Shown: piece after piece, positions 21,118-31,641 of the stretch
Numbering within the stretch: position 1 is the stretch's first letter
How the letters are laid out: every line of letters begins with the position of its first letter
Assembly (NCBI GenBank): GCA_965116885.1
Contig: OZ220741.1
Location: forward strand, 5,440,001-5,504,000
DNA: 64,000 bases
Source of the DNA: Candidatus Latescibacterota bacterium
GTDB taxonomy: Bacteria; Latescibacterota; UBA2968
Reading direction: 5' to 3'
Position numbers and translations under genes: made by a program
Notes under the pieces: generated by a model
The model's database searches: none
What the model was told of the DNA's origin: nothing
Seen by the model: only the letters and a program-made list of their open reading frames with translations

Positions 21118-22479
21118 ATGACCATAAACTGGCACCACATCGAAAAAGAAGTAACGAATTTCTTACAGCACCTGATTCGGTGTAACACGACCAATCCCCC
21201 GGGCAATGAAATCCTGTGTGCAAATTATATTGCCGAAGCATTGAAGCGCGAGGGCATTGACCCCACGATCACAGAATCAGAACCCGGGCGCGGAAATGTC
21301 ACAGCGCGCTTAAAAGGTGGAAACGCGCCCGCGCTCATGCTATTGGGACATACAGATGTCGTCGCTGTAGAACCCGATAAATGGTCGCGCGACCCCTTTG
21401 GTGGAGAATTGCACAACGGCTATATCTGGGGGCGCGGCGCCCTGGACATGAAAAACATGGTCGCGGCAGAACTCATGGTCTTCTTGCTCTTAAAACGGCA
21501 GGGTGTGACCCTGAACCGCGACGTAATCTATGCGGCAACCGCAGATGAAGAAGCCGGCAGAGGAAACCACGGCATCGGTTGGCTCATCGATCACCATCCC
21601 GAACAAGTCAATGCAAAATACGTATTGACGGAAGGCGGAGGCGGTGATTTTTATGTAAATGGAAAACACTTTTACACATGTCAAACGGGACAAAAGGGCA
21701 TTTTTCGCTTTCGCCTGAAAGCAAAAGGACGACCAGGACACGGCTCCCGTCCACACCGCGACAATGCCGTCGTCAAACTCAGCCGTGCCATTGCTGCTTT
21801 GGGACAGGCAAATCTTCCCATGCACCCCTCTAAAACACTGCGCGCATTCTTAGAAGGCATTGCAGCGACACAGGACGATGAGACCGCACAACAGTTACGC
21901 CGCGTACTCGATGAGACAGACAGCGAGAACGCATTGCAAAAATTGCCCCTCGCGCCAGATATGATTGCCTCACTGCGTGCCCTATTGCACAATACGATTT
22001 CGCCGACGATTTTGGAAGCAGGCAGTAAAATCAATGTCATACCCGCCGAAGCAACTGCGCGGATTGATGGCCGGCTCGCGCCCGGTCAGACCGACAAAAG
22101 CTTTGAAGCCGAAATTCGATCCTCGATTGGCGACGAGATTGAGCTCATTGTGGACCAGTATAGCCCACCTTTAGAAGCCAGTACAGATTCGCCCCTATAT
22201 GAAACCATCGTCCAGGTAATGGGAGAACGCGACCCAGACGCCACCGTAGTTCCCGCGCTGATGAGCGGGGGCACAGACGCCAAGCATATTTGCCCGCGCT
22301 GGCCCCATGTACAGGTTTACGGATTTATGCCCCACCGACAAGTGCGGGAAGAAAAAGAAATGAATCTGATACACGGTCATAACGAACGCACATCAGTCGA
22401 AAATCTCGTCTTTGCAACGCGCATTTTATACGATATTATAATGCGATTTTGCCAATCCTCACCGGGAGATAACGCATGA
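21118..22479 (+). CDS. M20 family metallopeptidase / deacylase
   Basis: GHTDVV, GRGALDMK, ADEE, GHGS, GGTDAK and HGHNER. Confidence 0.92.
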   Translation: MTINWHHIEKEVTNFLQHLIRCNTTNPPGNEILCANYIAEALKREGIDPTITESEPGRGNVTARLKGGNAPALMLLGHTDVVAVEPDKWSRDPFGGELHNGYIWGRGALDMKNMVAAELMVFLLLKRQGVTLNRDVIYAATADEEAGRGNHGIGWLIDHHPEQVNAKYVLTEGGGGDFYVNGKHFYTCQTGQKGIFRFRLKAKGRPGHGSRPHRDNAVVKLSRAIAALGQANLPMHPSKTLRAFLEGIAATQDDETAQQLRRVLDETDSENALQKLPLAPDMIASLRALLHNTISPTILEAGSKINVIPAEATARIDGRLAPGQTDKSFEAEIRSSIGDEIELIVDQYSPPLEASTDSPLYETIVQVMGERDPDATVVPALMSGGTDAKHICPRWPHVQVYGFMPHRQVREEKEMNLIHGHNERTSVENLVFATRILYDIIMRFCQSSPGDNA

Positions 22480-23444
22480 AAATTCTGGTGACAGATTATG
22501 CCTGGGCAAATTTAGACGTCGAAAAAAGCGTCCTATATGAAATTGGTGCCGAACTCATCCCCGCACCCGATGGCGAAGAAGAAACACTTGTCCAATTGGC
22601 GCAGGGATGCTGTGGCATCATGACATGCTGGGCGCAAACAACGCGCGCGGTCATCGCATCCGCATTGCCCGATTTGAAAGTAATCGTGCGATACGGCGTA
22701 GGACTGGACAATATCGATGTAGCCTATGCAACAGAACAGGGCATTCCCGTAGCCAATGTACCCGATTATTGTTTTATCGACGTAGCCGAACAAACCATGG
22801 CCCTGCTCCTGGGACTTTCGCATAAAGTCGCACAATTTGACCGACTTATCCGCAGCGGCACCTGGGATATCCAAGCGGGCTTGCCCCTGCGGCGTTTGAC
22901 CGGTCAGGTACTCGGCCTGATCGGATTTGGGCAAATTGCGCGCGAGGTCGTTCCCCGCGCCCGGGCTTTTGGGCTGCACGTATTGGCCTACTCCAGGTCT
23001 TTGACGCCAGAACAAGCGCGCGCCTGTGGCGTCGAATCCACAGATCTGGACACCCTGCTTCGCGCATCGGATTTCGTATCGCTTCACTGCCCATCTACCG
23101 ATGAAACGCGAGGCCTGATCAATGCCGATAATCTCGCCAAAATGAAGCCGACAGCGTGTTTGATCAACACATCGCGGGGCGATATCGTCGATGAAGCCGC
23201 ACTCCTCGCGGCACTGGAAAATAACACCCTTGCGGGTGCTGCCCTCGACGTGCGATGCCACGAACCGCCCGAAACAGGAGATCGTTTAATCCATACAGAT
23301 CGGGTAATTCACAGCCCGCACTCGGCTTTTTATTCGGAAGAATCGCTCGTAGAATTGCAAAAAAAAGCCGCCTGGGAAGCGCGGCGAGTCCTGACGGGAA
23401 AAGCACCTGTGCATCTGGTCAATCCGGAATACGAGAAACAGTAA
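22476..23444 (+). CDS. D-2-hydroxyacid dehydrogenase (CtBP-like)
   Basis: RYGVGLDNID, GFGQIA, INTSRG and PHSAFYS. Confidence 0.9.
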   Translation: MKILVTDYAWANLDVEKSVLYEIGAELIPAPDGEEETLVQLAQGCCGIMTCWAQTTRAVIASALPDLKVIVRYGVGLDNIDVAYATEQGIPVANVPDYCFIDVAEQTMALLLGLSHKVAQFDRLIRSGTWDIQAGLPLRRLTGQVLGLIGFGQIAREVVPRARAFGLHVLAYSRSLTPEQARACGVESTDLDTLLRASDFVSLHCPSTDETRGLINADNLAKMKPTACLINTSRGDIVDEAALLAALENNTLAGAALDVRCHEPPETGDRLIHTDRVIHSPHSAFYSEESLVELQKKAAWEARRVLTGKAPVHLVNPEYEKQ

Positions 23445-23460
23445 CCAAAGGAGTATCAGT

Positions 23461-24450
23461 GTGAGCAAACCAAAAGTCGGTATTGTAATTCGGAAATCTC
23501 TCAGAGAAAGAATCTTGAGCGATTGGGATTTGGAAACATTGGAAAATTTTGCAGAAGTAACCATAAACGATGAAGACCGCGATATCGTAGATGGTGAAGC
23601 GGCTGAATTTCTGAACGGAATGGACGGGGCGATGACGAGTTGGAATTCGGGAGATTTGACACCTGCCATTCTGGAAGGCGTGCCAACGCTGAAAATCTGG
23701 GCTTATGGCGCGGGCACTGTAAAGGGAAAAATCTGCGATGAAGCCTGGGAAAAAGATATTGTGGTAACAAGTGCCGCGCCCGCAATAGCCGATGATGTCG
23801 CAGAAATGACCATGGGATTCATGACCATGGGATTGCGCCGGGTATTTTCCCATTCGCGCGCCATGCGAGAAGGCGAAAAAAAACCGGACAAGACCGAATC
23901 CCGCTCTCTATATCGACGCAGCGTCGGCGTCATCAGCGCCAGTCAGGTCGGGCAGCGCGTGATGCGGTTGTTGCAACCCTATCAGACGCGCACATTGCTC
24001 TACGACCCCTTTGTGACGCCAGATCGCGCAGAGGAATTTGGCGCAGAGCTCGCAGACCTGGAAACAATAGCGCGCGAGGCAGAAGTCGTAACCGTTCACG
24101 CGCCCAAATTGGACGCGACATATCACCTCTGGAATGAGACGCATTTCAAACTCATGCGCGATGACTGCGTATTTATCAACACCTCGCGCGGTGCCAATAT
24201 CGACGAAGCCGCGCTGATCGCAGAATTGCAAAAAGGGCGATTCTTCGCCTTTTTAGACGTAACCGATCCCGAACCCCCTGCTATGGACAGCCCACTGCGC
24301 CGTTTGCCCAACGTGGTCTTAACACCGCATTGTGCCGGGCTGCAATCCTATCGCATCGGCGCACTGGTAGTCGAAGAACTGCGGCGATTTTTTGCGAACA
24401 AAGACCAACTGTTTCAAGTCAAACGAGAAATGCTGGATCGGCTGGCATAG
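23461..24450 (+). CDS. D-2-hydroxyacid dehydrogenase
   Basis: [21 protein letters not shown] and LTPHCAG. Confidence 0.88.
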   Translation: MSKPKVGIVIRKSLRERILSDWDLETLENFAEVTINDEDRDIVDGEAAEFLNGMDGAMTSWNSGDLTPAILEGVPTLKIWAYGAGTVKGKICDEAWEKDIVVTSAAPAIADDVAEMTMGFMTMGLRRVFSHSRAMREGEKKPDKTESRSLYRRSVGVISASQVGQRVMRLLQPYQTRTLLYDPFVTPDRAEEFGAELADLETIAREAEVVTVHAPKLDATYHLWNETHFKLMRDDCVFINTSRGANIDEAALIAELQKGRFFAFLDVTDPEPPAMDSPLRRLPNVVLTPHCAGLQSYRIGALVVEELRRFFANKDQLFQVKREMLDRLA

Positions 24451-24460
24451 AAAGGATATA

Positions 24461-24949
24461 ATGCAAAAACGCGTAGATTATTTATCCTGGGATGAGTACT
24501 TTATGGGTGTGGCCCTGCTATCGGCACAACGAAGCAAAGACCCCAATACCCAGGTAGGAGCCTGTATTATTAACGAAAAAAAGAAAATCGTGGGCATTGG
24601 TTACAACGGATTGCCCATTGGATGTTCAGACGATGAGTTTCCCTGGAGCAGAGAAGGCGACTTTCTCGACACAAAATATCCCTATATCTGCCATGCAGAA
24701 TTGAATGCAATCTTGAACAAAATCAGCGCAGACTTACACGAATGTACGCTTTACGTCACCTTATTTCCGTGCAATGAATGTGCAAAAGTAATTATTCAGT
24801 CGGGCATTCGCGAAGTGATCTATCTGGCGAATAAATATCCAGAGTCCGACTCCGTAAAAGCCACTTGCCGCATGTTTGACAGTGCGGGTATTCGCTATCG
24901 CGTTTTAAAAGAACATCGAGAGCGCATTGTCCTTGATTTCAGGGTCTGA
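24461..24949 (+). CDS. dCMP deaminase
   Basis: [25 protein letters not shown] and PCNEC. Confidence 0.93.
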   Translation: MQKRVDYLSWDEYFMGVALLSAQRSKDPNTQVGACIINEKKKIVGIGYNGLPIGCSDDEFPWSREGDFLDTKYPYICHAELNAILNKISADLHECTLYVTLFPCNECAKVIIQSGIREVIYLANKYPESDSVKATCRMFDSAGIRYRVLKEHRERIVLDFRV

Positions 24950-24952
24950 GTC

Positions 24953-25978
24953 ATGGCATCTCCAACACTTCAAGATAGCATGGACACTAAGGCATTGCCA
25001 GGCGCGACCGATTTGAAACGCGCACTCGTCGATATTTTATATCGCAGGCAATTTGGTGCATTGCTAATTTTTAGCATTGATTCCCTCAATCAAGCACCTG
25101 GGGACAATGTGGGGCAGGCACTTAAAGTGCTAAATTCCATTGTTATTCCCACCCCCGAAAGCTTTCACATAATAGAAGACAAAATCATCGTACTTTTTGA
25201 TGCCGATGAGGCGCGTGTTTGTGAAATCCCATCATCTCTGCCTGCCGTGATTGCCGAGCAAACAGGACACCGCGTATCTTGCGGTGGTGTTAAAATTTCG
25301 AGCGAAGATTATGGCCTGCACCCCCAAATGTCCGAGATGATCTTTTCCACTGCCCAATGCGTACTCGCCCGGGCGCAACAACACGCAATCCCGCATGTGG
25401 TCTGGTTGACCGAGAAATCCGCAGAGGATATATTATCGGATATTTCCCTGAACTTTTTTCGAGAAATTGCGCGTATCAACGCCGCGCGAGTGCAAAGAAT
25501 GACATTGGAATCGCGCACAGATTTTTTGACTGGTCTTTACAATCGACGCGGCTTTGAAGCAGTATTTACACGTATGGTGCGACGCGCAATTAGCAATGGA
25601 AACCCCCTCGCGCTCTATTACATAGATTCCGATTCGCTCAAAGCGGTTAACGACAGCAAAGGGCACGACGCGGGCGACCGATTTATAGTAGATTTGGCAC
25701 AAGTATTGAATGACATGCTGCGCGCATCGGATTTGTTATCGCGGTGGGCGGGAGATGAATTTGCTGCGGTGGTTGAAAATACGCCGAGAGCGCGAGCTTA
25801 TGCAATAGCCCGCCGTCTGAATCGAGCCGTTGATGAGCGCACAGAAGGCACGATATCCATTGGGGTTTATCACGGCGTGCCCGAATCGACAGAAGACGCG
25901 CTCAGAAAAGCAGATGCCGCTCTTTACCGTGTAAAAAACCGAGGAAAAAATGATATAGAACTGGCTGACCCGGTTTAG
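24953..25978 (+). CDS. GGDEF-domain diguanylate cyclase (AGDEF variant)
   Basis: DFLTGLYNRR, VND..GHDAGD, RxxD I-site, RWAGDEF and ADAALY..K..GK. Confidence 0.88.
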   Translation: MASPTLQDSMDTKALPGATDLKRALVDILYRRQFGALLIFSIDSLNQAPGDNVGQALKVLNSIVIPTPESFHIIEDKIIVLFDADEARVCEIPSSLPAVIAEQTGHRVSCGGVKISSEDYGLHPQMSEMIFSTAQCVLARAQQHAIPHVVWLTEKSAEDILSDISLNFFREIARINAARVQRMTLESRTDFLTGLYNRRGFEAVFTRMVRRAISNGNPLALYYIDSDSLKAVNDSKGHDAGDRFIVDLAQVLNDMLRASDLLSRWAGDEFAAVVENTPRARAYAIARRLNRAVDERTEGTISIGVYHGVPESTEDALRKADAALYRVKNRGKNDIELADPV

Positions 25979-26006
25979 AAACCCCAAAAGGGGTTGCATC
26001 GTCTTA

Positions 26007-26150
26007 GTGATTACTCCCAACGATAGAGCAGTTGGGCTTCTTGGCGGTCAAACCACCTGACTTTGTAATCCCAAAGTCAATATGTTTATCGCTGCATTGA
26101 GGTCTCTGTCTGCTGTATAGCCACACTTCTTGCAATGATGCACACGATCA
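26007..26150 (-). ncRNA. Putative TnpB omegaRNA scaffold (5' limit uncertain); guide follows at about 26006-25987
   Basis: Established: omegaRNA overlaps the tnpB 3' end and the right end. Seen: hairpin GACTTTGGGATTACAAAGTC and the right-end hairpin ending TCAC. Confidence 0.6.
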
Positions 26151-27166
26151 GAGAGGGCTTTCTTTTCGCGGTGCCCACATGCAGAGCAATCTTGTGACGT
26201 GTATTCAGGATCAACGGCCTTGAATCTAATACCAGCTTCTTCCGCTTTGTATTCGAGACAATGCCGAAACAGTGACCACGCTGCGTCTGAGATGCTTTTT
26301 GATAAACGACGATTCTTTTGCATCTCTTTAGGTTTTAACTTTTCTACGACGACAAAGCCGTATTTATTCACGATCTTTCGAGACGCTTGATGCACAAAAT
26401 TATGTCGTCTATTACGGATACGCTCATGCACTCTGGCAACAGTCTTACGCGCTTTCTCTCGTTTCTTTGGCGACGCTTTTTTTACTTTGTCCCACTTGCG
26501 TTGTGCCTTGGCAAGCGCCTTTTCCTCTTGCCGAAGAAAGCGAGGATTTGCTATCTTTTCTTTATCAGAAAACATAGCAAAATTATCAAGTCCCACGTCA
26601 ATACCAACGGCGGGGCCAGCGTCTGTTTTTTCAGGTGTATCGCCTATGTCACAAGAGATAGTAGCGAACCACTTGCCCGTGGCTGTACGCGTGACGGTGC
26701 AAGACTTAGGCATACCCTCAAGTGGTCTGTGCTGGACAATGCGAATACAGCCTATTTTGCCCATTCGCAAGCCCTTATCGTCCAGTCGGCACCCATTGGA
26801 AAACTGCGGATAGGTGATAGAATCATAGCGATTCTGACCCTTGTATCTGGGAAAGCCTGCTTTCTCGCCCGTCTTTGCCCGCTCTTTGAGACGACGAAAG
26901 AATGCTTTGAACGCCCAATCTACTCTCTGGCATACTTGCTGAAGAACTTGAGAATAGACAAGAGAAAAAGATCTATGCTGTTGTTTCAGCATTGGCAATG
27001 TCGCTTGTTGCTTATAGCGCGACAAACTTTTTTTATTCTTTTCCCATGCTTGCACTCTCGCACAGACAAGTTGGTTATACAGCAAGCGACATTCTTCAAT
27101 TTGCGCCAGTAGGATTTTCTCCTGTTTTTTCGTCGGGTACAATCTGTATTTTAAGGACTTAAACAT
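26048..27166 (-). CDS. tnpB: RNA-guided endonuclease TnpB
   Basis: KYRLYPT, RuvC D (GIDVG), E (VVEKL) and D (DRDLNAAIN); zinc ribbon CSAC/CKKC. Confidence 0.96.
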   Translation of the reverse strand: MFKSLKYRLYPTKKQEKILLAQIEECRLLYNQLVCARVQAWEKNKKSLSRYKQQATLPMLKQQHRSFSLVYSQVLQQVCQRVDWAFKAFFRRLKERAKTGEKAGFPRYKGQNRYDSITYPQFSNGCRLDDKGLRMGKIGCIRIVQHRPLEGMPKSCTVTRTATGKWFATISCDIGDTPEKTDAGPAVGIDVGLDNFAMFSDKEKIANPRFLRQEEKALAKAQRKWDKVKKASPKKREKARKTVARVHERIRNRRHNFVHQASRKIVNKYGFVVVEKLKPKEMQKNRRLSKSISDAAWSLFRHCLEYKAEEAGIRFKAVDPEYTSQDCSACGHREKKALSDRVHHCKKCGYTADRDLNAAINILTLGLQSQVV

Positions 27167-27172
27167 AAGTAA

Positions 27173-27201
27173 AATATATACTTATGCGTATATTTTGTCA
27201 A
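27173..27201 (-). promoter_or_regulatory. sigma70 promoter of tnpB (probably gives a leaderless mRNA)
   Basis: TTGACA-N17-TATATT ending 6 nt before the ATG; no SD. Confidence 0.7.
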
Positions 27202-27425
27202 CCTATTTTTCGTGGAATTAGCGGACGAATCTCAATGACTCACCGCCCACATCGCCTTGAGCGATGTGACCCCATGCTAAAGCACCGTCCCATAAGCATG
27301 TCCCTGCGAAAGCAGGGAACCGTAAGCCCTCCGCCATGCGACCCAAAGCTAAAGCAGTTGGGACTTGCGGGCTATTTGTTAAAGATTATGAGAAGGATCT
27401 ACCCGTTCATTTGAAGGAGAAAATC

Positions 27426-27965
27426 ATGCCAAAAAAGAAACGCTATGGAATGAATAAATACCAGAAAAGAGCAAAAAAGGTAGGCGAACTTCGGTTGCGG
27501 CGGGAAGACATTCCGCATTATCTGGCACTGGCAGAAAGCGACGACCCGGCAGACCGGCACGAAGCCGCTGCCAATTTGTGTCCGTGCCATGTGCGGCATC
27601 CCGTACCCGAAATACAGACCGCGCTCTTCAAGCTCATGGAAGACCCGGATCCAAATGTGCGCGCCCGCGCCTGGCACACGCTGGAAGATGGCGGCGTACC
27701 CGACGATCCGAGAATGGACGAAATTTTTGAACGCGCCCGTCAAAATGAAACCAATAAGACAGTCCTGAACTTTATGCGACAGGTGCAAAACGAAAATTAC
27801 GCGCACAAAGAACGCACCATGCTCAAAGTCGCAGCCCAATCGGAATACGATCGGACTGGCAGATGCGATTTTTGCGGAACAACCGGCAGGGTAAAAACAG
27901 ATTATGACACCGAAATACCCGATGGCGGGCAGATGCGCTTTGCATTGGTATGCGAAGATTGTTAA
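27426..27965 (+). CDS. HEAT-repeat protein with CPCH motif and C-terminal Zn-ribbon-like CxxC pairs
   Basis: SD GAAGGAG; EDPDPNVRARAWHTL; CDFC...CEDC. Confidence 0.7.
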   Translation: MPKKKRYGMNKYQKRAKKVGELRLRREDIPHYLALAESDDPADRHEAAANLCPCHVRHPVPEIQTALFKLMEDPDPNVRARAWHTLEDGGVPDDPRMDEIFERARQNETNKTVLNFMRQVQNENYAHKERTMLKVAAQSEYDRTGRCDFCGTTGRVKTDYDTEIPDGGQMRFALVCEDC

Positions 27966-27986
27966 TAAGAATTGAGAGGCTTTTTT

Positions 27987-28241
27987 ATGCTCGAAAGACA
28001 ACCAGAAATTGAATATCCGTGTTTATGGAATTTTAAGATCATTGGCCGCGAAGAAAAACACATGCGTCGGGCGATTGCCAAAATTGTGGGCGATAGCGAT
28101 TATACTCTGACCTTTTCCAATCAGAGCAGGCACGGAAAGTATCGCAGCCTAAACCTGGACATGGTCGTCCTCGACGAATCCCACCGCCTCAATATCTATG
28201 AGGCTCTCAGACATCATCGCAGTATTCAAATTGTACTTTAA
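27987..28241 (+). CDS. DUF493/YbeD-like protein
   Basis: IEYPC.W.FKIIG, S..GKY.SL and IYEAL..H..I..VL. Confidence 0.85.
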   Translation: MLERQPEIEYPCLWNFKIIGREEKHMRRAIAKIVGDSDYTLTFSNQSRHGKYRSLNLDMVVLDESHRLNIYEALRHHRSIQIVL

Positions 28242-28378
28242 ATCCGTCCGTTTTTCCTATTTTATCTTGACAATCCACGCCATTTCTTGCACTATTTACG
28301 GCTTGCAACCTTTGCTTATTACGGCGCTATTTGAATTCAAAAAAGCCCCCATCCCTTGGGACTTCTATATGGTAATCT

Positions 28379-28651
28379 ATGTACAATTTTAACTTTAACG
28401 TGCAAAATATTGAAGACGGTCAGGGCATGGGCATTGCGCTGACCGGGATGATCATTGTATTCTGCGTTTTGACATTGATCAGCGTATTTATTGTAATATT
28501 GCCCAAAATATTGGCTGTTGTAGCAAAGAAATTTCCCGAATCTGCAGGACACCATGGTGTGCCCGTACAGGATGAAGACGACTCTGCCCTGGCCGCAATC
28601 GGTTATGTCATGCACATGAGGCGTAGTACCGAAATCAAACAGAAAGTTTAG
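28379..28651 (+). CDS. oadG: Na+-translocating decarboxylase gamma subunit
   Basis: GMIIVFCVLTLI TM, AAIG motif, position upstream of oadB. Confidence 0.85.
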   Translation: MYNFNFNVQNIEDGQGMGIALTGMIIVFCVLTLISVFIVILPKILAVVAKKFPESAGHHGVPVQDEDDSALAAIGYVMHMRRSTEIKQKV

Positions 28652-28671
28652 AACAGTTTCTAAGGTATTTG

Positions 28672-29799
28672 ATGGATATATTTTACGATTTTTTGAATAC
28701 AACTGGATTTGCCAACTTGAGTTGGGGCAATGTCATTATGATCGCAATTGGCATTGTGTTTATCCACCTGGCGATCACCAGAGATTACGAACCCCTGTTG
28801 TTGCTGCCAATTGGTTTTGGCATGATCGTGGGAAACATCCCCGCTATTCCGAGCATGGCCCTCGGCGTTTACGACGAGGGCAGTGTATTGCGCTATATTT
28901 ACTTTGGCGTGACATCGGGCCTGTTCCCGCCGCTGATTTTTTTGGGAATTGGCGCAATGACAGATTTCTCCACACTCCTATCCAATCCCAAACTGGTACT
29001 ATTGGGCGCAGCGGCGCAAATGGGCATATTCCTGACCCTGATCGGTGCGCTCTATCTGGGCTTTTCACCTTCCGAATCTGGAGCCATCGGAATCATTGGC
29101 GGTGCTGATGGCCCGACGGCCATTTTCTTATCGGCCAAATTGGCCCCTCATCTTTTGGGCGCCATCGCCATCGCCGCGTATTCGTACATGGCACTCGTCC
29201 CGGTAATTCAGCCGCCAGTTATGAAACTGCTGACCACAAGACGCGAGCGCCTGATTCGCATGCCCGAACCGCGCAAACCCTCCAAGCGCGAACGCATCAT
29301 CTTTCCGATAGCTGGCTTCTTGATTGCAACCTTAATTGCACCGGGCGCATTGACCCTGCTGGGCATGTTGTTCTTCGGCAACTTGTTAAAAGAGAGCATG
29401 GTCACAGACCGATTGGCAGAGTCCGCACGCACGGCAATGGTCGATATTGTGACAATCTTGCTCGGTTTCTCCGTGGGTGCCAGCACAGAAGCACAGACAT
29501 TTTTGACCCCTGATTCGCTTTTGATTTTTGGCCTGGGCGCGCTATCTTTTGCAGTGGCTACGGCCAGTGGCGTCCTGTTTGCAAAATTGATGAACGTATT
29601 GACAAAAGAAAAAATCAATCCCCTGGTAGGTGCCGCAGGCGTATCGGCAGTACCCGATTCTGCGCGCGTCGTGCAGATGGTGGGACAACAAGAAGACGCA
29701 CACAATTTTTTGTTGATGCACGCCATGGCACCCAATGTAGCTGGCGTGATCGGCTCAGCTGTTGCCGCGGGAATTTTGTGGTCGGTACTGGTTCAGTAG
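28672..29799 (+). CDS. oadB: Na+-translocating decarboxylase beta subunit
   Basis: EPLLLLPIGFG, IGIIGGADGPTAI, AAGVSAVP and HAMAPNVAGVIGSA. Confidence 0.95.
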   Translation: MDIFYDFLNTTGFANLSWGNVIMIAIGIVFIHLAITRDYEPLLLLPIGFGMIVGNIPAIPSMALGVYDEGSVLRYIYFGVTSGLFPPLIFLGIGAMTDFSTLLSNPKLVLLGAAAQMGIFLTLIGALYLGFSPSESGAIGIIGGADGPTAIFLSAKLAPHLLGAIAIAAYSYMALVPVIQPPVMKLLTTRRERLIRMPEPRKPSKRERIIFPIAGFLIATLIAPGALTLLGMLFFGNLLKESMVTDRLAESARTAMVDIVTILLGFSVGASTEAQTFLTPDSLLIFGLGALSFAVATASGVLFAKLMNVLTKEKINPLVGAAGVSAVPDSARVVQMVGQQEDAHNFLLMHAMAPNVAGVIGSAVAAGILWSVLVQ

Positions 29800-29826
29800 G
29801 CACCGCATTTGGCGAAGGATTTAATT

Positions 29827-31617
29827 ATGGCAAAGAAAAAAGTAATATTTATGAATACAGCATTTCGCGATGGCTTTCAGTCCGTTTATGGCGCGCGAGT
29901 GTTCACACCCGACTTTTTACCTGCGGTAGAGGCCGCACGCGAAGCCGGAATTGATTATCATGAAGCAGGTGGCGGGGCGCGATTTCAGTCCCTGTACTTT
30001 TATTGCAATGAAGATGCATTTGCAATGACCGATGCCTTCCGAGAAGCCGCAGGACCTGAGGCCAACTTGCAGACCCTCGCCCGCGGTGTGAATGTAGTCG
30101 GATTGGAATCACAGTCGAGTGACATCATCAAGCTGCACGCCGAATTGTTCAAAAAACACGGCATTACGACCATCCGCAATTTTGACGCCCTCAACGACGT
30201 CAACAATTTGATCTACAGCGGACAATGTATCGCAGAAGCGGGATTGCACCATCAAGTATGCGTGACATTGATGGAATTGCCCCCCGGCTGCACCGGGGCA
30301 CACGACGCGGATTTTTATGAACAAACACTCCGCGAAATTTTAGATGCCGATATACCATATCACTCCGTGTGTTTCAAAGATGCTTCAGGTACAGCCGTTC
30401 CATCAAAAGTATATGAAACCATTAAACGGGCGCGCCAACTGCTGCCCGACGGCACATTTATCCACTTTCACACCCATGAAACAGCCGGAATCAGCATCCA
30501 GGCCAATCTGGCTGCGCTGGAAGCGGGAGCCGATGCCATCGACCTGTCGTTGGCACCTTGTTCCGGGGGCACATGCCAGCCCGATATCCTGGTCATGTGG
30601 CACGCTCTTCGCGGCACAAATTACGATCTGGATATCGATATAGAAAAAGTCCGCGACGCCGAAGAAGTATTTAAGGAATGCATGGCGGATTACTTTTTGC
30701 CACCAGAAGCCACGGCGGTTGAACCCATGATCCCCTGGAGCCCAATGCCGGGTGGCGCGCTCACGGCCAATACGCAGATGTTGCGCGACAATGGCATCAT
30801 GGACAAATATCCCGACATGATCAAAGCCATGGGCGACGTGGTGGAGCGGGGTGGTTTTGGCACATCTGTCACACCCGTATCGCAATTCTATTTTCAACAG
30901 GCGTTTAACAATGTGATGTTTGGCCCCTGGGAAAGAATCGCCGAACCCTATGGGCAAATGGTACTCGGTTATTTTGGCAAAACCCCTGTACCGCCCGACC
31001 CCGAAGTTGTGAAAATCGCGTCAAATCAGTTGGGACTTGACCCCACAGATCAACCACCTCTCGAACGCAATGATGCCGATCCCGAAAAGGGAAGAGACGC
31101 CGCAAAGAAACTATTGGACGCCGAGGGAATTGAGGCGACAGATGAACATATCTTTATCGTAGCGACGTGCGGCGATAAGGGAATGGATTTCTTGAAAGGC
31201 GATGCCGAAATCGGCGTGCGGAAAATTGAAAAACAGGATGCTGCACCCATACCAGTTGCCGACGGTGCAGCAGAATATAAGCTGCAGGTCAACGGCAAAT
31301 CCGTGCGCGTGCAAATTGACGGCAATATCGCCACCGTAAATGGCACAACTTATACAGTGGATATAGAAGATACGGTATCTACACAGGCATCAACACCCGC
31401 CAATGCCGAACCCGTAAGCGCGCAAATGCCCGGAAAAGTCATTCGGATATTAAAACACGCAGGGGATCAAGTCCAGGCGGGCGAATCGATCCTCATTCTG
31501 GAAGCCATGAAAATGGAAGTCCAGATCACCTCTCCAAATGCTGGCACAGTAATCGAAATGCCCGTCAACGTCGGCGATCAGGTATCCAATGGTCAGACAC
31601 TTGCCATGGTGGGATAA
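29827..31617 (+). CDS. oadA: Oxaloacetate decarboxylase alpha subunit (carboxyltransferase plus biotin carrier)
   Basis: RDGFQS, HTHET, MPGG, VTPVSQ and C-terminal EAMKME. Confidence 0.92.
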   Translation: MAKKKVIFMNTAFRDGFQSVYGARVFTPDFLPAVEAAREAGIDYHEAGGGARFQSLYFYCNEDAFAMTDAFREAAGPEANLQTLARGVNVVGLESQSSDIIKLHAELFKKHGITTIRNFDALNDVNNLIYSGQCIAEAGLHHQVCVTLMELPPGCTGAHDADFYEQTLREILDADIPYHSVCFKDASGTAVPSKVYETIKRARQLLPDGTFIHFHTHETAGISIQANLAALEAGADAIDLSLAPCSGGTCQPDILVMWHALRGTNYDLDIDIEKVRDAEEVFKECMADYFLPPEATAVEPMIPWSPMPGGALTANTQMLRDNGIMDKYPDMIKAMGDVVERGGFGTSVTPVSQFYFQQAFNNVMFGPWERIAEPYGQMVLGYFGKTPVPPDPEVVKIASNQLGLDPTDQPPLERNDADPEKGRDAAKKLLDAEGIEATDEHIFIVATCGDKGMDFLKGDAEIGVRKIEKQDAAPIPVADGAAEYKLQVNGKSVRVQIDGNIATVNGTTYTVDIEDTVSTQASTPANAEPVSAQMPGKVIRILKHAGDQVQAGESILILEAMKMEVQITSPNAGTVIEMPVNVGDQVSNGQTLAMVG

Positions 31618-31641
31618 GTGTGAAGTCCGCCCCCATTTCCC

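Larger units (their letters stand above)
26007..27378 (-). mobile_element. IS200/IS605-family (IS1341-type) tnpB-only element
   Basis: Right end GAAGCCCAACTGCTCTATCGTTGGGAGTAATCAC; left end CAAATAGCCCGCAAGTCCCAACTGCTTTAGCTTTGGG preceded by TTTAA; both hairpins share CCCAACTGCT; no tnpA. Confidence 0.8.
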
